A stretch of 64,000 nucleotides of DNA from Nemertoderma westbladi (GCA_032718475.1 JAUCBJ010000160.1:1-64000); one strand, 5' to 3'. Numbered from the stretch's first letter, positions 9,301 to 19,106 are shown. A program made the numbers and translations. Notes: generated from the sequence alone by a model not told the origin.

Positions 9301-12002
9301 CCACCATCGTGAACCTCATACAGACAGAACTACAGTCGAGTTTACAGATATTTTATTGGACTGACGCGACGTTGGTTTTATTTTACATAAACAACGACAC
9401 ACTCGAATTCAAGACATTCGTAGCTAACCGTCGCGCAGAGATTCTAGACCGTTCGATAAAAGAGGATTGGCGACATTGTCCCGGACCACAAAACCCAGCT
9501 GATATTGCGTCGCGAGGAATGATGCCTGAGGAATTCTGTAAACCGGAGAACAAAGAGTTTTGGCAACACGGACCCCAGTTCTTGCAGAAATCGACACAAG
9601 ATTGGCCTCCGTTATACGACAACAAGTCCAACACCATTCCTAAGGACGCCGAAATCAAGAAACCAAAAAAGGGGAAGACAAAGAAAAGGACGACGGCGGC
9701 GAAACTAAAGAAAAAACCGAAGGCGAAATGGAAGGATATAACTTCAAAGGTCAAGAGAGGAAGACTTGCGAGCCTTTCTACACCAGACATATCGCCAGAC
9801 GGTCAACCAGACACGTTACTAGACAGTCAACCAGACATTTTGCCAGACATATCACAAAATGTTCCACCAGACGCTAGTAACACACTGACAAACAGTAAAG
9901 CCGCAGTTTCTCTATTGGAGCGGCCTTCTATTGACAAACTACCAGATACGTTACCAGACGTATCGCCAGACACATTACTAGACAGTCGACTAGACATTTT
10001 GTCAGAAACATCACAAAATGTTCTACCGGACATTAGTAATGTATCAACTAACAGTAAAGCCGCAGTTTCCCTATTGGAGCGGCCTTGTATTGACAAACTA
10101 CCAATTTTGACACACTTGAGCAACCATAAGCATGGTGAAACCTCATGTATTGCAGATGTGGGTAGTACCTACGCTAATGTAAATACAGGTGTTACTTTGC
10201 GCTCAAGAGACATACCGAACTTACAACCTATGGTGAGACCTGGGATTAATGTCGGCAGGAAAATAAGTTTACCGAAACCTGCTGACCCCATAGAGTTCAA
10301 ACCACCATTAACGATCGACTTACAAAGTACTGACGATCAAGGTAAGAAGACGAAGAAGGACAAATTACTTGTAGACCCGGACGGATCAACAGTCAACAAG
10401 GGAATACTTACCGGCGGACCCGTGGGCCCTTCTAGTAATTCAAAACCTTCCAAGTTCTCCATTGACTTACCTGATGACGTCACAAATACTTACGTCGACC
10501 GTATCGTAAACTTAACAGACTCTTGGTCAAACGCTTGCCGAAAATTAGCGTGGATTGTACGTTTTGTACAATACGTTAAAGGCAAACGTGACTTTACACG
10601 TCGACTTACATTGGCTGAGATTGACAGGTGTGAGATTAAATTAATTCGCCATTACCAACTGCGATATTTCGCGCGCGAATTCACATCTATACATCAAGGT
10701 CAACCAATCAAGTCGTCACCGATACTGAGTTGGAGTCCGATAATTTATAATGGCTTACTTTGTCATAAATCTCGGCTTCAAAACATTGACTTTAACACAA
10801 ACTTTAGGTACCCAATAATAATACCGCAACATCACGAACTACAACGTGCAATGATACTGGACGCACATTTACATCTGAAACACGCTGGAAGACACCACTG
10901 TCTTTCCTACTTACGTACTAGATTTGTATTAATTAGACCCAGTAAAGCATTAAGTTCAGTGACACGTACGTGTATTATTTGTAAAAAGGTACATTCTAGA
11001 ATAGGTACCCAAGAAATGAGTGAACTACCACAAGCACGACTTCAAGCATTCAGACCACCTTTTACAGAGACTGGAATTGATTGCTTTGGTCCCATACATA
11101 CTAAACGTGGACGTATACTAGTAAAACGCTGGGGACTGATTTTCACATGTATGTCCAGTAGGGCAGTTCACATTGAACGTGTGATGGATCTTTCCACCAA
11201 CGCGTTTATACTAGCACTGCGGCGATTTATCGCTAGACGCGGACTAGTAAAATGCTTGTACTCAGACCAAGGGACAAACTTTGTTGGTGCTCGGAATGAG
11301 ATTGCTAGAGCCTTTAAGAGATTAGATCATGATCAAATCTCGAACGAACTGCAACCTCACAAGATTGTTTGGAAGTTTAATCCTCCAGATAGTCCTTGGA
11401 GAGGCGGAGTCTGGGAGAGATTGATTAGATCTATCAAAACGGCCATGGCAAAGGTCATTCCAGTAAACCACATATTAACAGACGACCAACTGACAACATT
11501 GTTTGTTGAAATCGAGGCAATACTAAATACTAGACCAATAGTATTAGTACCCGATGACAAACAATCTCAGTTCGCTTTAACACCAGCACACCTGCTTATG
11601 CAGGCACCGACCACATTGACGCCGATTTCCATTCCAATGGAAAGCGATAGTTACGTGAGAAAAGCGTGGAAAATCACGCAACTACTGGCTAACAAATTCT
11701 GGGAAATATGGCAAAACCATTATTTGCCCTCTATTTCTGCCAGAACAAACTGGTATAATAACACCCGCGCATTAAAGCCGGGAGATCACGTGCTGTTGGC
11801 AGAAGTGAATCTAAAAAGACGCTTCTGGATAACAGGTGTCATTTTAGCCACACATCCATCTATGGATGGAGTGACAAGAACTGTGACGGTACGAACAATT
11901 GAGGGTCGCACAGTAGACAGACCGACTCAACGTCTCGTACTTCTTGAAGAGACTCGTAACGAGTCTGGAGACTACAAATCTCCACCTAATACTAGTAAAT
12001 AA
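3345..12002 (+). CDS. BEL/Pao Gag-Pol polyprotein (2885 aa)
   Basis: Gag PKFSG..W..F region; knuckles CWRCTRHGHVRKDC and CPSCGRNHDGLLH; protease AILDSASS (D at 7038); RT FYVDD (8598-8609); RNase H ELHCFSDAS/PRAELQAA/WTDA/NPADIASRG; integrase H..H..CIIC, IDCFGP, SDQGTNF, GGVWERLI. No stops. Confidence 0.97.
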   Translation: MSDKQDYTKNTQTDYDSCDGDKSAAEEQQGKTREPTEPTPCASPVHPTGVPDAVVRGDGRTEDFLTVPQPRYRETELVSSAGSTESVVRSVGGYMAHITRSIGEGQRILDGLTAPMSRFEFYTLQVRVQSRVHKSVDNLVGLQDLARQRQDMDTQLRILEKLMITREKLIQFKSTIRQIQQEQADQLLGESVSDELLQPEEEQELYRLDGQLKHLTDHLRMCGEDVGDLETVPEYTRETSFAQIESAPGILNQSLVSIRSEICEGSIVTSEVARQQQQFYRQQHEIEEQAQLLMIQTAVEEEKIRVANVARISHLQEQAELEAAEMERLELDIAQQAATAELAQRTATAELERQTAAAELERQTAAAELERQRVVSEARVEMKTRQIKAQQAIRQAEFEAQQQQTEQREKEVKLRFELEKRARELAETKENLDLLARDRSMRSRDGHDLDQLEVRHRQIQERKKEGSVGAPGRERQLVKDVCQRFPQVTHMFAPVTTKEPVSIAGSSDISPIHGATEHRFVIPDKFTPPRATSSPIPRVKVSNPPITDRSSLLTGPALLTTKQVSPPLTPKPVTHYAYPMTFRPTRPVVSNAVIRPPVQFTSQSTTSRKTCEPTEQRRTVETRPFNQFTSQSTTSRKTCEPTEQRRSVDDVPKRAVRIRTTQRMRARRPPYPDDSSTSSESDYPKREVFRTGAADEYKRERSDNSFADNPPQNTPTQKALQPTDAISTQQFADILRPVVNKLAQIEERLEEVQTDSSRNTEFEHNRHPKAPQRPVPSNPTSYQGKAPRRENINQVTNQGRETLNVAEEIAKFAARQGLPVQQPPKFSGSSKHWHTFVDYIESQIAVCAFTSREKFNYLLQTLSGEPKRLAETFVGVPDAFELAYDRLTSIYGGTVSMARSVIEELCKGGAITKPVDLLKLADEIKNAITTLRSIGQLDYGNTPTVLLKIIGRLHHRLRREWRKVEYQREERGGFLKLEDVYLLISREAVVETRSNYTDQHIVAEGITLPSSNRQKPQTTSTKTATYATPTESRQFSDGNRVSAPIGTKQTRQQLSADFNGCQYCEHLGKRYIGHKLRGCRQFRELNSEERRLQIRPLDSCWRCTRHGHVRKDCPNTDTCPSCGRNHDGLLHTDSHTPTKRFAREHPEAAARCDAAYRKRESKTTPTFVTHIEDCFSEQSGSSDEESDDDEYSNGDEQPSIALLTTDQLKGFSVIPIKVTGTKGSKRIYAILDSASSHSYVDEKIADVVTDLRQGKHVSYTVSSMHGQRAIPVTRVKLDLDSLLPKSQHSERERSLLPFRDLTFAATKDFSNLLGPVPEQSLEDRKYFRHLGVPECPVNYRSVAMLIGTDQFNLHQVWETRPSAVVAGNAYACRTPIGWYTRAPVRTLDVSDEEDDVQSTCSLLTTNSIHSFSHDVNHTTLQSTKHDRRVTSMISHKEQLIHKVSLELGEKTSQLEIPSTTDDRLASLPTPITSTVPIDIDDDALKIHQLEQAALDKELTEKTIRWLEQDTAEPGSYDPCMSEQEKQSLKIMEDTIRQTEDGHYEVGMLWRSQSPKLINNYPLALRRLHSIRQRLLKDEKAHLQYNTQMETYLTKGYAIRMTNPERVTDQTYYLPHHYVRHPDKPDKVRVVNDCAALFEGMSLNSELMDGPNMNNYLMGVIMRFRQRQVAFTCDVEAMFHQVKALERDRDSLRFLWYPEGDLSLPPATYQMQVRVFGARDSPNCTMYALKQAARDQKHLYDPEIIRIVERDFYVDDGLQSCDTVERATTVAHQLRDCLASGGFNLTKFASNSAELVDSFGTTERGGGDIDLEFEPLPTTKVLGLFWDPNTDNFRVKVRLDSQGNTLTKRSCLSKLSRLFDPLGFISPVILQARIYMRSIWKDGLTWDEPISSDQVDLWKTWEAELSSLEDYSIPRVYFPLQSTFPDNLELHCFSDASDNGFGVAAYLRRQVESDEFDVSLITSKAKTMPTKYMTTPRAELQAATLSTTIVNLIQTELQSSLQIFYWTDATLVLFYINNDTLEFKTFVANRRAEILDRSIKEDWRHCPGPQNPADIASRGMMPEEFCKPENKEFWQHGPQFLQKSTQDWPPLYDNKSNTIPKDAEIKKPKKGKTKKRTTAAKLKKKPKAKWKDITSKVKRGRLASLSTPDISPDGQPDTLLDSQPDILPDISQNVPPDASNTLTNSKAAVSLLERPSIDKLPDTLPDVSPDTLLDSRLDILSETSQNVLPDISNVSTNSKAAVSLLERPCIDKLPILTHLSNHKHGETSCIADVGSTYANVNTGVTLRSRDIPNLQPMVRPGINVGRKISLPKPADPIEFKPPLTIDLQSTDDQGKKTKKDKLLVDPDGSTVNKGILTGGPVGPSSNSKPSKFSIDLPDDVTNTYVDRIVNLTDSWSNACRKLAWIVRFVQYVKGKRDFTRRLTLAEIDRCEIKLIRHYQLRYFAREFTSIHQGQPIKSSPILSWSPIIYNGLLCHKSRLQNIDFNTNFRYPIIIPQHHELQRAMILDAHLHLKHAGRHHCLSYLRTRFVLIRPSKALSSVTRTCIICKKVHSRIGTQEMSELPQARLQAFRPPFTETGIDCFGPIHTKRGRILVKRWGLIFTCMSSRAVHIERVMDLSTNAFILALRRFIARRGLVKCLYSDQGTNFVGARNEIARAFKRLDHDQISNELQPHKIVWKFNPPDSPWRGGVWERLIRSIKTAMAKVIPVNHILTDDQLTTLFVEIEAILNTRPIVLVPDDKQSQFALTPAHLLMQAPTTLTPISIPMESDSYVRKAWKITQLLANKFWEIWQNHYLPSISARTNWYNNTRALKPGDHVLLAEVNLKRRFWITGVILATHPSMDGVTRTVTVRTIEGRTVDRPTQRLVLLEETRNESGDYKSPPNTSK

Positions 12003-12665
12003 TTAGGAGTTTACAAATAGATTTCCACGTACCTGTACACCGTAGTAAGGACAGCGGTAGAATTCCATTGTCTTTATATGTGAACATTGAGGGTAGTACC
12101 CTTATGTGTCACATAGGAGCGGGATTTGTAGGTATAAGAAATGGAATTCTACTTGGAACTCACAATATTGAGACATTTTCGAAATTTTAGACAATCCATT
12201 TGGATTTGAAAAATTTTTAAAATTTTCTCCAGTGAATAGATTTCAGGGTACAGTCGGGTGGAACTTAAAATTAGAGAAACAAGAGAGGAAGACTTGCGAG
12301 CCTTTCTTAAAATTTTTAATTAAATTTTACACGGTCTTGTTTCAATAAGTTACGTCAAAATAGACTCCCCTATATTTATTACTAATTCTTGACTGCTTAT
12401 TTTCTGATAATAGTTTGGGATCAAAAGGTGAGTATTTTAGACTCACGGCCAGTTTAGCCCAAATTCGTTTTTACTTCGGCAAAAAAAAAATTTTAGATAA
12501 GAAGCAGCGTGTCATTAAAGAAACCCTAGATCTTAGGCTATGGGTAGGAGGTTAGAGCGTTGTCGAGCCAAAAGGGCAGACGAAACTCTCACGTCTCCTC
12601 ACAACTAACTACAAACTCTGTTGTATTCCCTCTAGTAGTAATGATTATGTAACTACACCCTAATT

Positions 12666-15600
12666 ATGGAGAAAGGGATACAAGGAGAGCCGAGATGGGG
12701 ATATGATATCCAAGAGGAGGCAGCAGCGCCATTCGAAAGATTTGGAGCCAAGGATTACACTATATTTGGTATAAAAGAATTATCGGAAAGTACAGCGAAA
12801 CTCGCGAGAACTAAATATGACTCGAATGTATTAAAGAGAAGGCAAAACGCATTAAACGAAAGAATCGAAAGTTTGCGCCAAACCTTCAACGAACTTTACC
12901 CGTACGATGCTTTGTGTGATACGGGAGACATTAGCGAAGACCCCGATACTGAAATTAGTCGTTTGTATCATACCATGCAATACCTAAAGGCGCACGAACC
13001 TATGCCTGCGGTACGCGATGAATTCGATGGAATGCATCTTTACAGACGAACTCGAGGGGACGATAGAGAAACCAAGGAAGCATTTTCAGTTTATAAACTT
13101 TATTATCAATGCGGTTCTTGTATGCGTGAACAACGAAATGCGATTCCGATGCGTTTGAATAAGGAAAATCCCGAACCGATATTGGCGAGATGTTCGAATC
13201 ATCAACAACTACGCTACCAGGAAGGAGGGTATCCTTTATCGAATCCATATCATTCATTTGCTATGACCGGACCAAAGGCGGGAGAAACTGTCATTTACCC
13301 ACCTAAGGTTGTTGAACCCGATGTATTTGAACTTACGCTGGACGAGGCGAATCAGTCAACCCGCGAAAAGAAAGAAGCTCTTAGCCTATACAGAGCCTAC
13401 AAGGCTTTCGAGAAAGGTGAGATGGAAGAATGGGGTGGAAGACTCGCGAGCCTACCTTGCCATTGGACGTCACACGATCAAACTTCAGCTAAGGAGATGA
13501 CACCGGAAGTTTTCGAGAGCATAAACTTCGCTCAAAACGTTATTCAGAGACTACAGATTGCATCCCCGGAGAGGCCAAGAGAAATGCAACCGTATAGTAC
13601 TGCAGCTACGAAACCATTGAGTACGACACTCAACTTTCCTATTAGTATACCAGTCCGACAGGATACGACGTACGAAATACCCATCGTGGATCATCCAGAA
13701 ATCATTTCAAACTTGGAGTTTCTTCCTGCAGTTGTTTTCAGCGATATGAGTAAGATATGTGATTTACGTAGACATATTACTCAAAAGGTCGTGAACAACG
13801 TTCCACCTCATATCCAAGATTTTAAGGAACTGGATAGAGCTGGTGCCGATATAGCTCCGAGTAATCTGAAAGGATATCTAACCAAGACGATTCGTTTATG
13901 GATTGGAATCGGAACCTTCGAGTCGGATACAGATATTGCCGCAGATTGGCGAGGTAAGGTTATTCGTTTCGATGAGGATAAGGATATAGAGAAGATTTGG
14001 CAACCTTCGGAAGAATTGTTGGATGAATGGACTAGGACGTTTAGATCGTTTCAGGAAAACGGTTATATGTTTTACGATAACGAGGGCGGCAGTCATCAGC
14101 AGAGTTTGACTTCTAAGACTATACAGATTAGAGCGGCGGACGGAGTCCTGCACGTTTTCAGTAGACAGAGGAGCGACAAACGAATGCCGATACCTCCAGC
14201 GAATACAAAGCGACACCATCTTATCACCGATATAGTAAAGAAGATGGACCAAGCTTGTAATATTGACGCTAGAATGCTACCGAAGATGGTAAGAAACATG
14301 ATTTTAGATAAAACTGTTGTAAAGGTTGGATCAGGAGTAAGGGAGGATTTAATTAGCGACTTCGCCGGCATGACGGACAGCGATGACCGACTACCGACAC
14401 CATACGTCGACACCCGACCTCTTATTCTGTGGTCTATAGAACAGGGATATTTTCGTGAGTATAATACTCAGAAGACTGGAACTGGATACATTTCCTACCT
14501 GTTATTCAATTGGGATTATAAGGAAGGTAAAAGAAACAAGTATATTGAAACTTATGGAGAAGGTGATACTCCAGATATGAGTGAGTTTGAATCACAGCTT
14601 AAATGGAGAGGATGCGTGTATTGGGCTATTACGTCACCTCCAAGAGCGGTCTTACAATATTATTTAGCAATAGAGTCGTCAGTGAATGTTTGCCTAATCG
14701 CCGACATTGTGTCTCGGACTCTCAAAAGACATCCACTTTGTCTCGGAGAAGATCATACGTTCTACATGGAAGGGAGAATTCGTACCGACGTGTTTAGACG
14801 ATTCCTTGAACCCTTCTACAACTCCGACGCTCAGTGTAATGCCTTTACTCGAGCAGGATTTAGTATATTTCGAGACGTGTATCTTCGCTGTGCGGGATCT
14901 CTTATCGAAAGACCATCTATGTTTACATTGTTACCCTATGAAGGAGAACGTATCGTGGAGATTATGGATGAATCACGGCAGACGCGCGCGTCTATCGGTC
15001 ACCTCGGTGATGATTTCAACGTAACTACTACGATCGCCGACGATCCTTTAGAGGAACTTCTTGAGATTGAAAGGAACCTCCCGAAGAAATCTCAGACGGA
15101 GATTCGACAACTTGAAGCAACAGATGCTATAGTTTGCCTACAACCTTCAGAAACCTACCAACCCATAGACCCAGATGATTACGATTATAGTGTGGGAGGA
15201 AGCGCTCGACCGATTGGAGATCTTATATACGAACGAGTGTGGTACCCTGCTAATACGATGTGTAGTAAATGTGGCGTCGCTGGACATCATATGGCAAAGT
15301 GCAGTGGAAAGCACATTACTACGACTCAGCTAATCTGTGGATGGTGTGGGGATCAAGGGTCTCATACCTTTTATACTTGCTGGAGATTTATGGCTCAGTG
15401 TACTTACTGCAATATAAAGGGACATCGAGCATCTGAATGCCAACTAAGAGACATACCTTATGAACACGAATCTGTAAAACTCGTGAGGAAGTTATTTGAT
15501 GAGTGGGAAGATTTGGCCGACGAACATGTATCGGCACAGAGAAGACGGTTTCCGATGAGAGCGCATCTCGGATTTTGGGCGGTAAATCCCCAGACGATGA

Positions 15601-16391
15601 TGTCGGAAGGATATATCTCCGCTATGCCCCAATATGACGAACTTATCGAGGTTGTTGATATTTTGCCCCACGACAGCGGATTCCGAGTGGTGCGCGAGTA
15701 TCTGTTACAGATTCACCCGGATAACAAAAACACGTGGAATTTTCAGAAAGTCGTAAATCGTATCACGTATGGTGAATTTGATCGTTTCCGAACCGAAAAG
15801 CGGAATAAAGGAGCTTGGTTAACCGTCGCATGGGCGTACCGAGCCGCGTTTTACCATAAACGTATACGAGCGAGCGTATTCGAGGAAGAAGAGGTCCTAG
15901 AGGCGACGAATATATCAGCCACTCCGGTTGCGCCGTCTGCACGTCACCCTCGGGAGGACGGACAGGGTAGGATCATACGGGTCCAGAAAGTGGGCCAACA
16001 ATTGAAGAAAATTATTAATGTGGAAGAACGCAAGGGAGTTGAGCCGACTATTCGAGTTACTCGGGATACGGTATCACTTCCAAGAGAACCGGTAGGAGGA
16101 TCGGGACATACACCAGCTGATCAACAGGGGGCGCAAGCTACTCTTGGGTCTGCGTCGTCCGCTTCTCACGCGTTCCCAGACGTTCTACCGACTGTAGTGA
16201 CGACTGATCGGTCACGAGGAATTGGTCGAGGTTTTGGGATGCCAAATAGACGAATTTGTGAGGAAATAGTCGCACCGTCTCTTAACGTCCCAAGTAAACC
16301 AGTGACTCGCCCCACAAGTCCCATATCGCGAGCAAAGTCACCTGTGCGCAGTTTTCGAGGACGCGGCAGGGCTCGATCCACTAAGCGATAA
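12666..16391 (+). CDS. Retrotransposon ORF2: DEDDy-like (RNase D/WRN-exo family) 3'-5' exonuclease domain plus 3 CCHC zinc knuckles
   Basis: ExoI FYDNEG (D471,E473); ExoII ILDKTVVKVGSGVRED (D561); YVDT; ExoIII-like W...QYYLAIE (Y666,E670). Knuckles CSKCGVAGHHMAKC, CGWCGDQGSHTFYTC, CTYCNIKGHRASEC at 15261-15440. Confidence 0.8.
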   Translation: MEKGIQGEPRWGYDIQEEAAAPFERFGAKDYTIFGIKELSESTAKLARTKYDSNVLKRRQNALNERIESLRQTFNELYPYDALCDTGDISEDPDTEISRLYHTMQYLKAHEPMPAVRDEFDGMHLYRRTRGDDRETKEAFSVYKLYYQCGSCMREQRNAIPMRLNKENPEPILARCSNHQQLRYQEGGYPLSNPYHSFAMTGPKAGETVIYPPKVVEPDVFELTLDEANQSTREKKEALSLYRAYKAFEKGEMEEWGGRLASLPCHWTSHDQTSAKEMTPEVFESINFAQNVIQRLQIASPERPREMQPYSTAATKPLSTTLNFPISIPVRQDTTYEIPIVDHPEIISNLEFLPAVVFSDMSKICDLRRHITQKVVNNVPPHIQDFKELDRAGADIAPSNLKGYLTKTIRLWIGIGTFESDTDIAADWRGKVIRFDEDKDIEKIWQPSEELLDEWTRTFRSFQENGYMFYDNEGGSHQQSLTSKTIQIRAADGVLHVFSRQRSDKRMPIPPANTKRHHLITDIVKKMDQACNIDARMLPKMVRNMILDKTVVKVGSGVREDLISDFAGMTDSDDRLPTPYVDTRPLILWSIEQGYFREYNTQKTGTGYISYLLFNWDYKEGKRNKYIETYGEGDTPDMSEFESQLKWRGCVYWAITSPPRAVLQYYLAIESSVNVCLIADIVSRTLKRHPLCLGEDHTFYMEGRIRTDVFRRFLEPFYNSDAQCNAFTRAGFSIFRDVYLRCAGSLIERPSMFTLLPYEGERIVEIMDESRQTRASIGHLGDDFNVTTTIADDPLEELLEIERNLPKKSQTEIRQLEATDAIVCLQPSETYQPIDPDDYDYSVGGSARPIGDLIYERVWYPANTMCSKCGVAGHHMAKCSGKHITTTQLICGWCGDQGSHTFYTCWRFMAQCTYCNIKGHRASECQLRDIPYEHESVKLVRKLFDEWEDLADEHVSAQRRRFPMRAHLGFWAVNPQTMMSEGYISAMPQYDELIEVVDILPHDSGFRVVREYLLQIHPDNKNTWNFQKVVNRITYGEFDRFRTEKRNKGAWLTVAWAYRAAFYHKRIRASVFEEEEVLEATNISATPVAPSARHPREDGQGRIIRVQKVGQQLKKIINVEERKGVEPTIRVTRDTVSLPREPVGGSGHTPADQQGAQATLGSASSASHAFPDVLPTVVTTDRSRGIGRGFGMPNRRICEEIVAPSLNVPSKPVTRPTSPISRAKSPVRSFRGRGRARSTKR

Positions 16392-16406
16392 AAGGGAGGG
16401 CAAGGG
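16390..16406 (+). other. Polypurine tract candidate
   Basis: AAAAGGGAGGGCAAGGG at the ORF2 stop, directly before TG at 16407. Confidence 0.6.
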
Positions 16407-19106
16407 TGGACGGAAGACTCGTGGGCCTTTCTTATGATTTGTGATTTATTTCGAATTATATGTTTTATATTTAGAAAATTTAGTAAACTTATATTTTATA
16501 TTTGTGCTTATTTCGAACTTATGCAATTTGTATTGTTCCGAATTTATGAAATTTAGAAATAAGAACTCATATTTAGTAAACTTATATTTAGTAAGAATTT
16601 ATATTTTATATTTACGTGATTATTTCGAACTTATGCAATTTATATTATTCTGAACTTATGCAATTTATATTGTTCCGAATATTATGCAATTTATATCTTA
16701 TAAGCAGTATTTGTACCTAAAGAGAAAGTTTTATAGACAGAAAAATTTGTGCTCAGAAAGACTCATATTTGTAATTATTCCAAAACTTATGCAATCTACA
16801 TTTAGGTACGAAAGTATTTGTAATTACTTGAATTTATGCAATATTTGAGATACAATAGTAGATGGAAGACTTGCGAGCCTTTCTTATTGTTTTCATTTAT
16901 TTGTATTTGTAATTGTTTGAATTTATGCAATATCTGAGATGCAATAGATTTATATTGGTGAATTTAATTTAGATTTATATTGTACTTACTTAGTAAAGCC
17001 ATAAATACGTAAAGTTTGAATTTGTAATTATTTTTGTATCGAATCATTACGTAAAAAGGAAGTATTGTTTGAAATTTAATTGTAAATATGTAAGTACGCC
17101 CTAAGTATTCCATAGTTTGATTGATTATTGGTGAAAACCGTATATTTTATGCACGATAATATCCTGTTTTCATGGAGCGGTATAGAATTATATTCCCTAA
17201 ATGCCGTGGATTTTCAAAATTTTATTTTATTCGAATTAACTTTGTAAAGATTGCTTTGAGTTCTCATTAGTATTGGTTCTATCTATCGTGTATCTATCGG
17301 TCAAGTGGTTCAGTAGCTCAGTTGGTAGAGCGTTGGAAATTATATGTGTAGTAGGTATCGAGTTCGAATCCTAGTAAGTGCGAATTATTTTTTGTGCAGA
17401 ATTTCAACTCATTTAAATTAACCGCTACAAATTAATTGCATTTGTCTGTACCAATAAGGCTGTAGTTATTTGATTGTAACCAATGTCGTGCAAGTTATAT
17501 ATTAGCTGGACCAATAAGCTATCTTTAAAACCTTGTTAGAATCTATAGAACAATCGAGAATTTTCTCGATTGATTGCGGCACAAATTTGGTATAAAAAGG
17601 TGCGATTTCGTTCATTAATCTAATCTCTACTTACACTACTACTACTTTAGTATTCACTTTATTATCTTATCAATATTCTGTCGTGCTTAGTTTATTCTCA
17701 GATTACATTGTATTATAATTGTATCTTCTGTAATAAAGTCAGAATATTCTCTCAGCTTTTCTGTTTTACTATGAATTCACTACGGTGAACAAACTCAGGG
17801 ACAGGATGGCCGGCTAGAGATCGGGCCGCAGCAATGAACGGGAACATCACGGGAATGTAGACGAGAGACAACCCGCAATACCATTTAAAGTTATTCGCCC
17901 ATCGCCTGAAAGGTTAGACAGCGTTCGATCCTTGCTACCTAAGTATAAGACCAAAAGATCAAAGGTAGACGTAGTGACACGCTGCAAGCCTAAAATTACA
18001 TCATAGGGACTGTACTGTCTTGATTCAGGGAAAACCGCAGTAGACCTTCATATTCCTACGGGGGGGAGGGAGAGAGAGCAGATACTAGTACGCAGATAGG
18101 ACGTAGGCACACCGGTACAAGGCATACACATTGGTTAGGGTGCAGCGAACTGTACGCTTAACTCTTGCTAAGTACAGGTGTGTGTGCGACTATTTACCGT
18201 ACAACGGTGTCCGTTACATCAGAACTTGTAGGCTAGGGGGGTTGCTGTGTTTTCACCTGAATGGGGATTGTACCGTTCAGGCGGTAGGGCAGTTTACGCT
18301 AGGCGCAAATAAATTGAGGCTATCAGGGATATACTAACATCTACCGTGTCCCCGCCAACGCCCTAATAGGAAGTTACCTGGACTACCTGGGTGACTAAAA
18401 TTCTAGATAGGAGCCAGGATAGCTATTAGTACCCGTACGCCTACAGTAGTAAACTAACACATCTCTTCTTAGTATCAGGGACCTGGTACCTAAAATTGCC
18501 GAATTCTGGGCGTAGTATTAACCTTATGCCTGAATTTGAGTCCTGGAAATACGCAAGAGGGGAAGGAACCTTATCATTCGTGAGTATTGGACCTACAAGT
18601 TACAAAATTAGAATATTCGTAAAATGCACACCGTACCCAGTAATTATATATGTGAAGGAGCAAAACTGCTTTTGACCGTTCAGAATTAACACGCGCGTTA
18701 GAAATTATTTACACCTCAAAATATATAAAATTAACTTTCGTCCTTACTGCACTTTGCTCGCTAGTTAGACATCTCCAAATATCTGCCTCTATACCTAGCT
18801 AGCGTCCCTTTGCCCAACCATATAAATCACACCGCGGCAAAGTATACGAGCCCCTTAGTCCGTCAGTGAGTCAGCCTGATTTTAGGATTCGCTGCGCGGG
18901 ATTTGTTTTATCGAAGTTTGTCTGCTCGTAGACTGTTTTCTGCCTCACCGGTTAAAAGAGATCGATACTGCAATATATTCGCTTACTTAGGGTTTACTGT
19001 TTTGGTGAGAAGGTCGGATTTATGATTTGATTTACAAACTTTACAGTAGGATATTGCAGGTATTGTTACCGTCTCTTCCGATAGTAGGAATAGGCGTATC
19101 TCTCCA
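16407..19106 (+). repeat. 3' LTR (~2.7 kb)
   Basis: TGGA...TCCA inverted termini, preceded by a purine tract; near-identical to 1-2495. The left edge is inferred because the 5' copy is cut by the window. Confidence 0.75.
17307..17393 (+). promoter_or_regulatory. tRNA-derived Pol III unit in the 3' LTR
   Basis: Copy of 695-781. Confidence 0.7.

Larger units (their letters stand above)
1..19106 (+). mobile_element. BEL/Pao LTR retrotransposon, apparently intact; 5' LTR truncated by the window start
   Basis: Gag-PR-RT-RH-IN polyprotein with BEL-type motifs plus a second ORF, flanked by direct repeats 1-2500 and 16613-19111. Confidence 0.95.

Noticed and set aside
3386-16381. Many short antisense or out-of-frame ORFs within ORF1 and ORF2
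   Set aside because: Shadows of long coding regions with no recognisable motifs.
12666-16391. ORF2 as an envelope glycoprotein
   Set aside because: No signal peptide or TM anchor seen; nuclease and knuckle motifs instead.
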